From NCBI GenBank assembly GCA_020057885.1, contig JAGVEX010000015.1:130168-194167 (forward strand): a stretch of 64,000 bases of DNA, in the 5' to 3' direction. This document shows, piece after piece, positions 45,554-56,040 of this stretch. Origin of the DNA: a bacterium. Lineage in GTDB: Bacteria; Patescibacteriota; Patescibacteriia; Veblenbacterales; UBA10138. A program made the translations under genes and the position numbers. The notes beneath the pieces are model-generated. The model saw only the letters and a list, made by a program, of their open reading frames with translations. It did no database searches and was not told the origin of the DNA. How positions within the stretch are numbered: the stretch's first letter is position 1; each line of letters begins with the position of its first letter.

Positions 45554-46804
45554 TTACTCTCTGCGCAAATGCGCCCCTACTGTCTTAAGTCTTTCGTCAA
45601 TGCGTTCATAGCCACGATCTATTACCTCTGCGTCGTTAATAATAGTTTCACCTTGGGCAATCAAACCTGCAATCACAAGTGTAGCGCCAGCGCGTAAATC
45701 AAAAGAACGAATTTCGCGACCATAAAGTGGCGTGGGACCGGTGATTACCACCCGATGAGGATCAGCTATTAAAGCATTAGCACCCATTTTAATAAGTTCT
45801 GTAATATGGTTCATTCTTCCTTCATATAACGGATCGTGAACAAGTGAGGTCCCACTAGCTTGGGTGGCGAGTACACTAAAGGGTGCCTGCAAATCTGTGG
45901 GAAATCCCGGATACGGCATGGCTTGCAATTTAAAAGGTTTAAGTTGGCGGCTAGCTCGCACTATTAAAGTATCATCTTTTAATTCATATAACACTCCTAT
46001 TTCTTTAAGTTTTAAAAGTATTAATGCTAAATGGTCAGGAATTACCGGACTTATACTAAGCTCTCCCCTGCTCACGGCGGCTAACACGGCCCAGGTACCA
46101 GCTTCTATATAATCCGGTACAATTTGATGTACAGTACCGTGTAATTTATCCACACCTTCTATAATTATGCGATGAGTGCCAAAGCCGGAAATTTTTGCGC
46201 CCATGCTTAATAAAAATTTACAAAGATCTTGCACGTGAGGCTCAGCGGCGGCTAGATCTATAATAGTAGTGCCCTGAGCTAAAACAGCCGCCATAATAAT
46301 ATTCTCCGTAGCAGTTACAGAAAATTCTGGCAAAACCACATTAGTGCCTATTAACTTTTTAGTTTTAAGATGATAAACATCATCTTCAGCTACTACACTC
46401 ACTCCCAATTGAGCTAAACCTTGAAGATGCGCGCCCAGAGGACGATTGCCAATAATGCAACCGCCCGGCTCTGGTAAACGTACCTCGCCTAAACGAGCCA
46501 ACAACGGCCCAAACATTAAAACTGAAGAGCGCATTCCTTTTACCAATTTTGGTTCTAAATGCTTTAATTCTAAATGTGAAGCCTTAACTATAACCGTGGT
46601 TCCTTCCTGTTTAACTTCGGCGCCCAGCTCTTGTAAAAGCTTAAGCATTTTATCAACATCCGAAATATTGGGTACATTATGTAAAACGCACTCCTCCTCG
46701 GTTAAAAGAGTAGCGGCTAAAATTGGTGTAACAGCGTTTTTAGAGCCAGGCACCTTAACTTCACCGTGTAAAGGATGGCCGCCTTCTATCACTAAGTTAG
46801 ACAT
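45554..46804 (-). CDS. murA: UDP-N-acetylglucosamine 1-carboxyvinyltransferase
   Basis: 416 aa with the EPSP synthase-like fold, MurA N-terminus (GGHPLHGEVKVPGSKNA) and active-site region (GGCIIGNRPLGAH). Confidence 0.9.
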   Translation of the reverse strand: MSNLVIEGGHPLHGEVKVPGSKNAVTPILAATLLTEEECVLHNVPNISDVDKMLKLLQELGAEVKQEGTTVIVKASHLELKHLEPKLVKGMRSSVLMFGPLLARLGEVRLPEPGGCIIGNRPLGAHLQGLAQLGVSVVAEDDVYHLKTKKLIGTNVVLPEFSVTATENIIMAAVLAQGTTIIDLAAAEPHVQDLCKFLLSMGAKISGFGTHRIIIEGVDKLHGTVHQIVPDYIEAGTWAVLAAVSRGELSISPVIPDHLALILLKLKEIGVLYELKDDTLIVRASRQLKPFKLQAMPYPGFPTDLQAPFSVLATQASGTSLVHDPLYEGRMNHITELIKMGANALIADPHRVVITGPTPLYGREIRSFDLRAGATLVIAGLIAQGETIINDAEVIDRGYERIDERLKTVGAHLRRE

Positions 46805-46871
46805 GGTAAACTATAAAGAGTATTAATTACGTAGCTATTTTAGCTTAATTAGCCACCGGAGACAAGTTATT

Positions 46872-48260
46872 ATGGATCTTTTTATAAGAAGGATATTATA
46901 TTCGAGCTTTTTTGTTGTTTTTATAATAGTATCAGCTGTTTTATTATTTTATCTACAGGGCTTTCGCTATAATGCCCAAAAAGGAATAGTGGAGCGCACT
47001 GGAGCAATTGTAGCCGAATCAATCCCTGAACAAGCTACAGTAGTAATTAATGGGGAAATTAAAAAAAATACTACACCATCTTCATTTCAATCGCTTAACC
47101 CTGGAGATTACGAAGTGGTAATTAATATGTCAGGTTGGCAAACCTGGCATAAAATTATAACAGTAAAACCATCGCGTGCCACTTTTACCGGGGTAGTACA
47201 TTTGTGGCCAACCCCACAAGTCGGCGAACGAATAACCACCAATCCAGCAGTTAACGTAACCTCGTCGCCTGACCGCTCAAAAATTTTATACTATTCAAAA
47301 TCTGGATTATCTTCTGGAATTTGGTTACTTAATTTAGCTAATGGAGAAACAAATATAATTGCCCGGCCCTCTCTGACTGATATTTTATCACTGGAATGGA
47401 CCAATTCTGGTAAAGAATTTTTAATAACCCAAAAATCTTTAGGTGGAAATAATTTCCAAATTTTTAATCTAAGTGAAAGGCAATGGGGTAATCTTAATTT
47501 TCCTACTAATTTCTCTCCCTCCATTATTCATTTTAATGAAGATGAAAATATAATATATGCTTATTCCCAAAATGAACTCTACCAATTTAACCGCCGCACG
47601 CATTCACTTAAACTTGTTTGGCGAGAAAAATTAAATGATTTTCGCTATCACGACGGCCTTATTTTTGGATTAGTCCCCAATGAAAGTGGTGGCATTAATT
47701 TAAAAATCTTAAATTTATCTAATCTTCAGCTAGTGCCAATGGAAGACTCTCTTGTGCTATCAACTTCCCTTGCTTTTTTGGAAAGCAAAGGTGATTGGCT
47801 GCCCTTGTTTGACCAAGATCGCCACACACTTTATTTACTTCATTCGCCACTTACTGAGCTAGAGCCAATTCGTCGGTTACCCGAAATAACTAAAATTGAT
47901 TGGGCTAGTGACGGAAAAAGTATTTTGTTAACTAATAATTTTGAAATGTGGCAATATAATATCCCCGACAATAAATTAAATTTGCTTTTACGAGTTAGTA
48001 CTCCGCTTACTCAGGCCCGCTTTTTGAACAATGAACCATATTTAATATATACCAGCGGCACTAAAGTGTGGGGATTAGAGCTCGACACGCGCGGCGAACA
48101 ACAAAACTGGCTACTGGCCGACTACCCCAGCGCCGTGGAAGATATTTTTATTGATCCCCTGTCCAAAAGCGTCAACGTAAAATTACCTGATGGATTTTGG
48201 AGAATTAATTTAAAGCCAAATTTGTCCCAGAGCGACGAGCCGCTAATAAACTGGCCTTAA
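46872..48260 (+). CDS. Membrane-anchored PEGA-domain protein with a C-terminal beta-propeller-like region
   Basis: N-terminal TM. PEGA-like VVINGEIKKNTTPSSFQSLNPGDYEVVINMSGWQTWHKIITVKP. Its 3' end overlaps the convergent rmlA-like gene by 56 nt. Confidence 0.5.
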   Translation: MDLFIRRILYSSFFVVFIIVSAVLLFYLQGFRYNAQKGIVERTGAIVAESIPEQATVVINGEIKKNTTPSSFQSLNPGDYEVVINMSGWQTWHKIITVKPSRATFTGVVHLWPTPQVGERITTNPAVNVTSSPDRSKILYYSKSGLSSGIWLLNLANGETNIIARPSLTDILSLEWTNSGKEFLITQKSLGGNNFQIFNLSERQWGNLNFPTNFSPSIIHFNEDENIIYAYSQNELYQFNRRTHSLKLVWREKLNDFRYHDGLIFGLVPNESGGINLKILNLSNLQLVPMEDSLVLSTSLAFLESKGDWLPLFDQDRHTLYLLHSPLTELEPIRRLPEITKIDWASDGKSILLTNNFEMWQYNIPDNKLNLLLRVSTPLTQARFLNNEPYLIYTSGTKVWGLELDTRGEQQNWLLADYPSAVEDIFIDPLSKSVNVKLPDGFWRINLKPNLSQSDEPLINWP

Positions 48261-48933
48261 GCAACGAATCAAAAGTACCGGCATCTATCCACTCGCCCTT
48301 AACCACGTCTACGCTTAACTCACCGTGTTCTAAATACCAATTGTGAATACCGGTAATCTCAAGCTCACCTCTGGCGGAAGGTTTGAGATTTTTGGCAATT
48401 TCTACTACGCGCTTGTCATAAATATAAAGTCCAGTTACAGCATAATTTGAAAGATAGACTTTGGGCTTTTCTTCTATTTTTGTCGCTTTCATTTGTTCGT
48501 CGAACTTTACCACCCCAAAACGTTCTGGGTCTGGCACCTCTTTGGCAAATACATGCCCGCCCGATTTAAATGATTTTATAACATCACTAAAATCATCTTC
48601 AAAAATATTATCCCCCAAAATCATAGTTACATTATCATCGTCAATAAAATCAGCAGCAATAATAAAAGCTTGGGCCAAGCCTTCGGGCTTATCCTGAATT
48701 TCATAAGTAAATTTAGCGCCAAATTCACGGCCGGAACCCAAAAGATGCAAAAAATCACCCGGATGATCTGGGGCTACAATAATCAAAATATCCTTTATCC
48801 CGGCCTTAAGCAGTGTCTCTAGAGGATACATTATCATTGGCTTGTTATACACAGCCAAAAGCTGTTTTGAAGTAACTGTGGTGAGTGGTCTAAGTCTAGT
48901 ACCCTCACCGCCTGCTAAAATAATTCCTTTCAT
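48205..48933 (-). CDS. rmlA: Glucose-1-phosphate thymidylyltransferase-like sugar nucleotidyltransferase (short form)
   Basis: MKGIILAGGEGTRLRPLTTVTSKQLLAVYNKPMIMYPLETLLKAGIKDILII closely resembles the RmlA N-terminus. Only 242 aa. Confidence 0.65.
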   Translation of the reverse strand: MKGIILAGGEGTRLRPLTTVTSKQLLAVYNKPMIMYPLETLLKAGIKDILIIVAPDHPGDFLHLLGSGREFGAKFTYEIQDKPEGLAQAFIIAADFIDDDNVTMILGDNIFEDDFSDVIKSFKSGGHVFAKEVPDPERFGVVKFDEQMKATKIEEKPKVYLSNYAVTGLYIYDKRVVEIAKNLKPSARGELEITGIHNWYLEHGELSVDVVKGEWIDAGTFDSLLKASLLAARRSGTNLALN

Positions 48934-48951
48934 ATACGTAAATAACTTAAC

Positions 48952-49821
48952 TCAACTTAAATAATCACGCAAGGCCTCCTGCCAAAGGCGCAATTGAGGA
49001 AATTTTGTGTTAAGCAAAACAGCATATGCTGGACGCTTGGCTTTAACTGGGTATTCAATGGATGATATTGGAATAAGCGGCGTTTGAATATTTTTTATTT
49101 TAAAAACTTCTTGCGCAACTTCATACCACATAGCTACCCCCTCGTTTACCAAATGATAAATACCAGGCTGAAAATCACCTTTGGCTAACTCGTGCACGGC
49201 GCTGGCTAAATCGCGCGTATTAGTTAATTTGCCAAATTGGTCATTCACTACTTTAATTTCTGATTTTTCAGTTGATAATTTTATCATCGTATCAACAAAA
49301 TTCATGCCCCGCGGTTTACCGATTTGCGGCGCATGACCATAAAGCCAAGAAGTTCTAATTAAATACCCCAAGCGATACTCTATAATATATTTCTCGCCAG
49401 CCGTCTTGGATTGTCCGTAAACATTAATCGGATTTACTGGATAATTTTCTTTATAACCACTTTTATCCGTGCCATCAAATACATACTCAGTAGAAAAATG
49501 AATTAATTTAGCGTTCACTTGCTGTGCCGCTTTGACTAAATATTCAACCGCGTCAGCATTAAGTTTATGGGCTAAATCTTTGTTGTCTTCCGCACCGTCA
49601 ACATTAGTATACCCAGTGGCGTTAATTATAATATTGGGATTAAGGTCGGAAATTTTAGCTAAGACTTGTTCTTTATTTGTTACATCAAGCTCATTTTTAT
49701 CCCATAAAAATAACTCGCATTTACCAGCAAATTCATGACCCAAATCAGTGCCCAGCATGCCGCCTGCACCTAGAATTAAAATTTTCAAATTATAAATATT
49801 TCTCTCCATATAAATCCTCAT
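48952..49821 (-). CDS. rmlD: dTDP-4-dehydrorhamnose reductase
   Basis: ILILGAGGMLG Rossmann motif and the RmlD_sub_bind-like YxxxK region. About 285 aa. Confidence 0.75.
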   Translation of the reverse strand: MRIYMERNIYNLKILILGAGGMLGTDLGHEFAGKCELFLWDKNELDVTNKEQVLAKISDLNPNIIINATGYTNVDGAEDNKDLAHKLNADAVEYLVKAAQQVNAKLIHFSTEYVFDGTDKSGYKENYPVNPINVYGQSKTAGEKYIIEYRLGYLIRTSWLYGHAPQIGKPRGMNFVDTMIKLSTEKSEIKVVNDQFGKLTNTRDLASAVHELAKGDFQPGIYHLVNEGVAMWYEVAQEVFKIKNIQTPLIPISSIEYPVKAKRPAYAVLLNTKFPQLRLWQEALRDYLS

Positions 49822-49889
49822 GCACTCTTATACCTAACCCCACTAACTACTTTCCTACTTAGGCAAATAGGAAAGTAACAAATAAATAA

Positions 49890-50285
49890 TTAATTTCCAC
49901 AATTTTTAAACTCCTCATAATTATTAATATAATCCTCACGACTGGGATTAAAATTTGTAGAGGATAAGGCGACTAACACTGTACCTGATTCAAAATCTTT
50001 AAAATGATGCCAAACATAAGTACCTACATAAATAGCGTCACCTGCTTCCATTTTCACATCCTGCAGACCTAAACCGTCATCTATTTCCGCTATTACACTA
50101 CCAGCAAAACAAACAAAACACTCCTGCTCAATTTTATGACAATGTGAACCAGTTGACTTAACCGCTTGGGTTATGGCGTAAACTCGCTTAATTTCAAAAT
50201 CTAGATATTCTTTTACTTCCAAGGGAGTAAGAGAAAATCTGTCATCTGTATGTGTTGGTAATTTAAATTTTTTAAATACTCCCAT
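49890..50285 (-). CDS. WxcM/FdtA-like cupin (dTDP-4-keto-6-deoxyhexose 3,4-ketoisomerase-like)
   Basis: 131 aa. TGSHCHK (RGxHAHK-like) and the C-terminal LSSTNFNPSREDYINNYEEF (LASxxYDxxDYIRDY-like) match the FdtA family rather than the full-length RmlC. Confidence 0.5.
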   Translation of the reverse strand: MGVFKKFKLPTHTDDRFSLTPLEVKEYLDFEIKRVYAITQAVKSTGSHCHKIEQECFVCFAGSVIAEIDDGLGLQDVKMEAGDAIYVGTYVWHHFKDFESGTVLVALSSTNFNPSREDYINNYEEFKNCGN

Positions 50286-50288
50286 AAT

Positions 50289-51293
50289 TTAAGAAAGGTG
50301 CGGATTAAATTGTGCTTTACGCTCCTCTATTCTTTTAACCCAATCCTGATTCTTCATATACCACTCAATAGTTTCATGTATAGCTGATTCAAAATTATAC
50401 TTTGGCTTCCAGCCTAGCTCGCGTGATATTTTAGAAGCATCGATAGCATAGCGCCTGTCGTGACCTGGCCTGTCGGCCACAAAAGTAATCAAACTTTCCG
50501 GTTTGCCCAACTCTTGTAAAATGATTTTAGCAATTTCCAAATTAGATTTTTCATTATTTCCGCCGATATTATAAACTTCGCCAGCCACGCCTTTATGTAG
50601 CATTAAATCAATCGCCTCGCAGTGATCTAACACGTAAAGCCAATCACGCACATTTTTGCCATCACCATAAAGTGGTACTGATTCGTCTTTACTGGCTTTA
50701 AAAATAAAAAATGGAATTAACTTCTCGGGAAATTGATATGGCCCATAATTATTTGAACAATGACTCACTACCACCGGCACTTTATAAGTATTAAAAGCCG
50801 CGCGGCACATTAAATCACCGCCGGCTTTAGCGGCGGCATAAGGTACATTGGGTTGAAACGGCGTACTTTCGGTAAACTGGTCTTTAGCTTCCAGCTCCAG
50901 AGATCCATAAACCTCATCGGTTGAAATTTGCACCATTTTTTTAATTTCATACTTACGCACTGCGTCTAAAATAGTCTGCACGCCCAAAGTATTGGTAAGC
51001 ACAAAATCTCTGGCGCCAGCGTGAATACTTCTGTCCACGTGCGTTTCCGCTGCAAAATTAACCACTGCATCAAAACCCTGGCTTAACACCTCATTCACTT
51101 GTTTTTCATCTGCCACATCTCCTTTGATAAATTTGTAACGCGTATTATTTTCCAAATCAGCTAAATTATCCAAATTACCGGCGTAAGTAAGTTTGTCAAA
51201 ATTAGTAACCTGATACTCTGGATACTTTTGCAAAATATGCTTTATAAAATTGGAGCCAATAAACCCAGCGCCACCGGTAATAAATAATTTCAT
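50289..51293 (-). CDS. rmlB: dTDP-glucose 4,6-dehydratase
   Basis: MKLFITGGAGFIGSNF, the YAAAKAGGD catalytic YxxxK, extended SDR. Confidence 0.9.
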   Translation of the reverse strand: MKLFITGGAGFIGSNFIKHILQKYPEYQVTNFDKLTYAGNLDNLADLENNTRYKFIKGDVADEKQVNEVLSQGFDAVVNFAAETHVDRSIHAGARDFVLTNTLGVQTILDAVRKYEIKKMVQISTDEVYGSLELEAKDQFTESTPFQPNVPYAAAKAGGDLMCRAAFNTYKVPVVVSHCSNNYGPYQFPEKLIPFFIFKASKDESVPLYGDGKNVRDWLYVLDHCEAIDLMLHKGVAGEVYNIGGNNEKSNLEIAKIILQELGKPESLITFVADRPGHDRRYAIDASKISRELGWKPKYNFESAIHETIEWYMKNQDWVKRIEERKAQFNPHLS

Positions 51294-51315
51294 AGTTTAT
51301 AAAAATCAAAATAAA

Positions 51316-52545
51316 TTAAGTTCCTACCTGCCAACTAGCAAGATATTTTTTTTGTTTGGGTGTAAGTTTATCATAAACTACGCCTGTTAATTTAAGTTTG
51401 AGTTCGGCAATTTCATTATCAATCTCCTGCGGCACAGTATAAACGTTTGGTTTAAGATTTTTATGGTTTTTTATTAAATATTCAAGCGCCAAAGCTTGGT
51501 TGGCAAAACTCATATCCATTACCATGGCTGGATGTCCTTCAGCAGCCGCCAAATTAACCAAACGTCCTTCGGCTAAAAGATATATGCGCTTGCCATTTTT
51601 AAACATATATTCCTGTAAATTATTTCGTATCTCTGCAACCTGAACACTTAAACGTTTTAAATCTGCTAAATTAATTTCCACATCAAAATGACCTGAATTG
51701 CATACTATGGCGCCATCTTTCATTAAGGTAAAATGCTGTTTAGTAATTACGTCAATATCGCCTGTGGTAGTAATAAATATGTCCCCTAGCCGCGCGGCCT
51801 GCGCCATGGTCATAACCTCAAATCCATCCATTAAAGCCTCCAGCGCTTTTATAGGATCAATCTCGGTTATTACTATGCGAGAGCCTAAACCACGCGCTCT
51901 CATGGCCACTCCGCGACCACACCAGCCATAACCAGCCACCACTACTATTTTACCCGCCAAAAGCACGTTGGTGGCGCGCAGAATGCCATCAATAGTGGAT
52001 TGGCCTGTACCATAACGATTATCAAACAAATGCTTGGTAAGAGCGTCGTTTACTGCAATAAGCGGATAGTGTAGTTTGCCAGCCTTAGCCATAGAACGAA
52101 GCCTAATAACGCCGGTGGTAGTTTCTTCTGTGCCGCCCCATACACCTTTTAATAATTTTTTGGCCGTAGTATGTAAGTAAGTAACCAAATCAGCGCCATC
52201 GTCCACTGTTAATTGCGGACCATGCACTACAGCCGCTTTTAACTGTTTATAATATTCCTTATTATCCACTCCCCGCTTAGCAAAAACATTTATTTTAAAA
52301 TCGCGCCGCAAGCTTTGCGCTACATCATCTTGTGTAGACAGAGGATTAGAAGCAGCTAAAGCCACCTGCGCCCCTCCGGCTTTTAAGGCCAACATTAAAT
52401 TAGCGGTTTCAGCTGTTACGTGCAGACAAGCAGAAATACGCACACCTGCGAACACCTGACTTTTTTTAAAGCGTTCTGTTAAAGCGGCTATTACCGGCAT
52501 TTGTTTGCCCGCCCAAAGAATTTTTTGTTTACCACGAGACGTCAT
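51316..52545 (-). CDS. ahcY: Adenosylhomocysteinase (S-adenosyl-L-homocysteine hydrolase)
   Basis: 409 aa. NAD-binding [35 protein letters not shown], which is typical of SAHH. Confidence 0.9.
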   Translation of the reverse strand: MTSRGKQKILWAGKQMPVIAALTERFKKSQVFAGVRISACLHVTAETANLMLALKAGGAQVALAASNPLSTQDDVAQSLRRDFKINVFAKRGVDNKEYYKQLKAAVVHGPQLTVDDGADLVTYLHTTAKKLLKGVWGGTEETTTGVIRLRSMAKAGKLHYPLIAVNDALTKHLFDNRYGTGQSTIDGILRATNVLLAGKIVVVAGYGWCGRGVAMRARGLGSRIVITEIDPIKALEALMDGFEVMTMAQAARLGDIFITTTGDIDVITKQHFTLMKDGAIVCNSGHFDVEINLADLKRLSVQVAEIRNNLQEYMFKNGKRIYLLAEGRLVNLAAAEGHPAMVMDMSFANQALALEYLIKNHKNLKPNVYTVPQEIDNEIAELKLKLTGVVYDKLTPKQKKYLASWQVGT

Positions 52546-52964
52546 AAAGTTAAGGCTTGTTTAATTTTTAAAGCTATAGATTCTGTTTCTCCGGCTACTA
52601 ACTCGCGCTGGGGCCAAGGTTTTAATCCGTCACCAGTTCGCCGCGGCATAATGTGCATATGAATATGAAAAACAGCCTGTCCTGCCACTGCGCCATTATT
52701 AAAACCCAAATTAAAACCGTTCACACCCGTAGCCTGAAAAACAGCTTTAGCAACTTTTTGTACTATTTGAAAAAATTTGCCAGCAACTTCGGGCGGAACA
52801 GATTCTAAATTTTCGTAATGCTGTTTAGGAATAACCAAAGTATGCCCTAAGCTCACTGGCTTGATATCTAAAAAAGCTATAAATTCTTCATCCTCATATA
52901 CTTTAGCAGAAGGAATTTTATTTATTGCTAATTTACAAAAAATACAATTATCCATAAACAACAA
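52542..52964 (-). CDS. HIT-family (histidine triad) nucleotide hydrolase
   Basis: HIHMHIMPR histidine triad. 140 aa. Confidence 0.85.
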   Translation of the reverse strand: MLFMDNCIFCKLAINKIPSAKVYEDEEFIAFLDIKPVSLGHTLVIPKQHYENLESVPPEVAGKFFQIVQKVAKAVFQATGVNGFNLGFNNGAVAGQAVFHIHMHIMPRRTGDGLKPWPQRELVAGETESIALKIKQALTL

Positions 52965-52965
52965 A

Positions 52966-53448
52966 CTAATATAACATTAATTCTTCTCTAATGCGAGCAA
53001 TAAAAGCTTGCCCCCCAACATGGTCTGCTTCTGTTGGAGCCCACTGGGGTAATTTTTTATGTGTCTTGGGATCCCACGGACCTTGCAAAACCTCAAACAA
53101 AGTTGTATCTGGTTCAAGAGCAATAGTAGTGTGCCAAATTGTGCCTGGCACCTCCACCCCCCAAGGACTTTTACCTGCTTCCAAAACAACATGTTCGGAA
53201 ACACGCCCATCATCGGCAAATATCACTACTGTTAATTTACCACGCAAAATAATAAATGATTCCATTCTATATGGATTTTCGTGTTTATGCGGCTGAACAT
53301 AAGATTCTGGCTCAAGTACTCTAATTAAACGATGTACTTTTTCCTCATTACGTTCATGAAGACTATATAAGCTTCGACGACGCGCTGAATTTTGCGCTGA
53401 TTGTATAACTTCATTTATCAATTTGTCATCAATTAATTTAATTAACAT
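52966..53448 (-). CDS. WbuC-like cupin-fold protein
   Basis: 160 aa. By-eye resemblance to the WbuC family cupin; conserved His/Glu contexts (HKHENPYRMESFIILRG, TIWHT). Operon context with the rml genes. Confidence 0.45.
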   Translation of the reverse strand: MLIKLIDDKLINEVIQSAQNSARRRSLYSLHERNEEKVHRLIRVLEPESYVQPHKHENPYRMESFIILRGKLTVVIFADDGRVSEHVVLEAGKSPWGVEVPGTIWHTTIALEPDTTLFEVLQGPWDPKTHKKLPQWAPTEADHVGGQAFIARIREELMLY

Positions 53449-53469
53449 AATAAATTAAAATCAAAAAAA

Positions 53470-53841
53470 TTAATTATCCAACTTTAATAATGTAATAACT
53501 ATCCACCACAATACTCCGGCAACTAAACCAACTAAAATCGATAAATACCAAGCAAATGGAGTTCCTAATATAAGCTTAACACTAACTAACCAGACTAGTA
53601 CAGCTGAAAATATGGAGCTCAAGTATGGTCGCTTGGGAGTGATCTTTATAGATGTTCCCAAAAGCCATGCCAGCGCAGTCAATAATAATAGCAAATTAAG
53701 GTTAATATACAAACTCACTATCCCGCGTTTAATTAATTCTAATAAGCTTAAAAACCACCAAGCCAACCCTAACCCCACGGCGAGTTCGCTTAAAAAATTA
53801 CGGCCCATTATTATATAATTATTAAGCAACCAATTTTTCAT
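53470..53841 (-). CDS. Hypothetical 4-TM membrane protein
   Basis: Hydrophobic 123-aa ORF inside the glycan operon. Confidence 0.4.
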   Translation of the reverse strand: MKNWLLNNYIIMGRNFLSELAVGLGLAWWFLSLLELIKRGIVSLYINLNLLLLLTALAWLLGTSIKITPKRPYLSSIFSAVLVWLVSVKLILGTPFAWYLSILVGLVAGVLWWIVITLLKLDN

Positions 53842-54401
53842 AAAATCCTCTCTGGATATAATTTAAACAAATCACTAAGCCAACTCCAAGAAAAGGAGTT
53901 TCTCTCTATTGTAAGCCTAGCCTCTTTAACTACCACTGTACCAGGATTAAAATTAGGCGCGGAAACTATAAAGCGTAAAGTTTCGTTGGGCTCAAAATAT
54001 CTAAAATTATTTGCGTTAAATAAATAATGGATTTCATTATTAATTTTTTCCTCTTTAGTATTAAGAAAATAAAAATCTCGGCCATTAGCTTGTTTTAAAG
54101 CAAATTTTAAAGGTGCTGAATCAGCCGTAGTAATAAATTCAAGAGTCAAACGCGAAACGCGCAATGGTAAAATTATATCAATATAAACCGGTTCTTGTTT
54201 TAAAACTATACCACCGATTACCTTCTCCGTTCTACTGGCTGGCGATAAAATATCAAAATATGAAGTACGATCTATAAAATCGGTAATAGCTACTAATTTT
54301 TGCGTACTAAAAAATGCCTGTCCTAAAATAAAAATTATAAATGCAGCCGGTACCAACCAACGCAGCCAATTTAACTTTGGTTTTAAAAATAATAAATTCA
54401 T
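53838..54401 (-). CDS. Hypothetical membrane-anchored protein
   Basis: 187-aa ORF with an N-terminal TM, translationally coupled to both neighbours. Confidence 0.4.
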   Translation of the reverse strand: MNLLFLKPKLNWLRWLVPAAFIIFILGQAFFSTQKLVAITDFIDRTSYFDILSPASRTEKVIGGIVLKQEPVYIDIILPLRVSRLTLEFITTADSAPLKFALKQANGRDFYFLNTKEEKINNEIHYLFNANNFRYFEPNETLRFIVSAPNFNPGTVVVKEARLTIERNSFSWSWLSDLFKLYPERIL

Positions 54402-55999
54402 GGCTTAGCTAAAGTAAAACGATATAAACTATGGTCTTGAAAACCATAAACCACTGGTTGCAAAACTAAACCTAATTGTTTTAATTTATTGGTATTTAAA
54501 TAATTTAAATCTTTGGGTAGCCAGGTGGGGTGAAAATTATATACTGGAATACTATTCTCTAATAAATTTTTAATAGTTACTAACTCAACCTGCTGGGGAG
54601 AGGATACCATTACTTCGCGTTCCGGCCAAAAAAACTTATCAGTAATAGTTGTTAAAATTACACTATTAGACTCTGTTAGCTGTTGTACTGTCTTATTTAC
54701 AGCTTCAAAACGCTTTATATTACGTCTAATCTGCAGTAAACCTTCCTCCGGATCAAATACCACTAAACGCACAGATAATATCAAATAAACACCAATTAAA
54801 ATAAAACTAATCGCCTTGCCCCAATTTTTATGCCAAAAATTTACCAAAGTATAAGAAGCGAGCCATAAGGCAAACGCGTATACGGGCAACCAATAGCGCG
54901 TATAGGCTGTACCTAGGGTAACCGCCATTGGGTTAGGATTATCGTGAAATTGCCAACTGCCATAAAGTATCACCAACCATAACGTGGCAACTAGGCCTGA
55001 CAAAATTAAACCCCTGTGTTCCCTTCCCCAAGAACGCCATTTATAAAACATATAACCAAAACCAATAACGGCGAGCATTGCCCACCACCACATTAAACTA
55101 AATAGATAATTACCAACAGTATTAAATATAATTGAAGGATGAATACCAAATGGCAATATTAAATCTCGCCAAATCGAAAGTGAGCCTCCCACGTCCTGCA
55201 AAATAAACTGTAATTCTGGTCGATAGCCTATAGAAAGCGGTTGACCATAAATTATATAATTAGTCATTAATACTGGGGCAAAGCCCAATAAAACACCTAA
55301 CATAAAAATCGACAAATAGCGCCATTTCAGTTTGTATCCAGCAATTGTCAACCAAACTAACCCGGCTGTTGTAATCCAAAAAACTTCTGAGCCACGCAAA
55401 GCTACCACCACGCCGTAAGCCAAACCAGTTAATAAATAATAACCACATTTTTTCGTACGCACAGCTTTAATTGTTGACCAAATAGCCAACATTAAAACAT
55501 CAAAAAATAAAGCGTTGTGAAAAAAACTACGGCTATGATAATACCAATAGGCCGGCAAAAAAGCTAAAAGTAAAGTACTTAACCAAGCCGCCCGTCGGCC
55601 CCAAAACTCCCGCCCGACTAAGTAAAAACAAATGAGCCCTAAAATAGCCCCCAAAGGAGTTATGTACGGCAAGGCCCAACCGCCTACCAGCCAACCTACA
55701 GTACCTGCTAAAATTGGTAATCCCAAAAAACTCGCTGGCACTAAATAGCCATCTATCACACTAGTACTACGCGGATGTACTAAGGAAACGCCGGTCAATT
55801 TATTTAAAGGACTAACAATTTTTATGCTTTGACTATTTGCTAAACGCCTCGCAAAATAAGCATTAGCCGCCTCATCTGGAGAGTTATAACGCTGCGGCAA
55901 ACCCCAATTAAAGCTAGCGTAAACAAAAACAGCCACTAATATTAATAAACCAAGTGCTATGGCCTCCCCCTTGCTCTTAAAATACTCTAAAATTAACAT
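54398..55999 (-). CDS. GT-C fold glycosyltransferase (ArnT/PMT-like polytopic membrane protein)
   Basis: About 13 TM. First-loop DE motif (NSPDEAANAYFARRL) as in GT39/GT83. Start set at the internal ATG (MLILEYF). The ORF-track start at 56062 is TTG and would overlap the divergent gene. Confidence 0.55.
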   Translation of the reverse strand: MLILEYFKSKGEAIALGLLILVAVFVYASFNWGLPQRYNSPDEAANAYFARRLANSQSIKIVSPLNKLTGVSLVHPRSTSVIDGYLVPASFLGLPILAGTVGWLVGGWALPYITPLGAILGLICFYLVGREFWGRRAAWLSTLLLAFLPAYWYYHSRSFFHNALFFDVLMLAIWSTIKAVRTKKCGYYLLTGLAYGVVVALRGSEVFWITTAGLVWLTIAGYKLKWRYLSIFMLGVLLGFAPVLMTNYIIYGQPLSIGYRPELQFILQDVGGSLSIWRDLILPFGIHPSIIFNTVGNYLFSLMWWWAMLAVIGFGYMFYKWRSWGREHRGLILSGLVATLWLVILYGSWQFHDNPNPMAVTLGTAYTRYWLPVYAFALWLASYTLVNFWHKNWGKAISFILIGVYLILSVRLVVFDPEEGLLQIRRNIKRFEAVNKTVQQLTESNSVILTTITDKFFWPEREVMVSSPQQVELVTIKNLLENSIPVYNFHPTWLPKDLNYLNTNKLKQLGLVLQPVVYGFQDHSLYRFTLAKP

Positions 56000-56040
56000 A
56001 TTATAATTATACCAGACAATCAGTGGTACAATAGTAATAT

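Noticed and set aside
52977-53296. ORFs 52977-53219 (-) and 52991-53296 (+) inside the WbuC-like gene
   Set aside because: Overlapping or antisense shadow ORFs of the 160-aa cupin gene.
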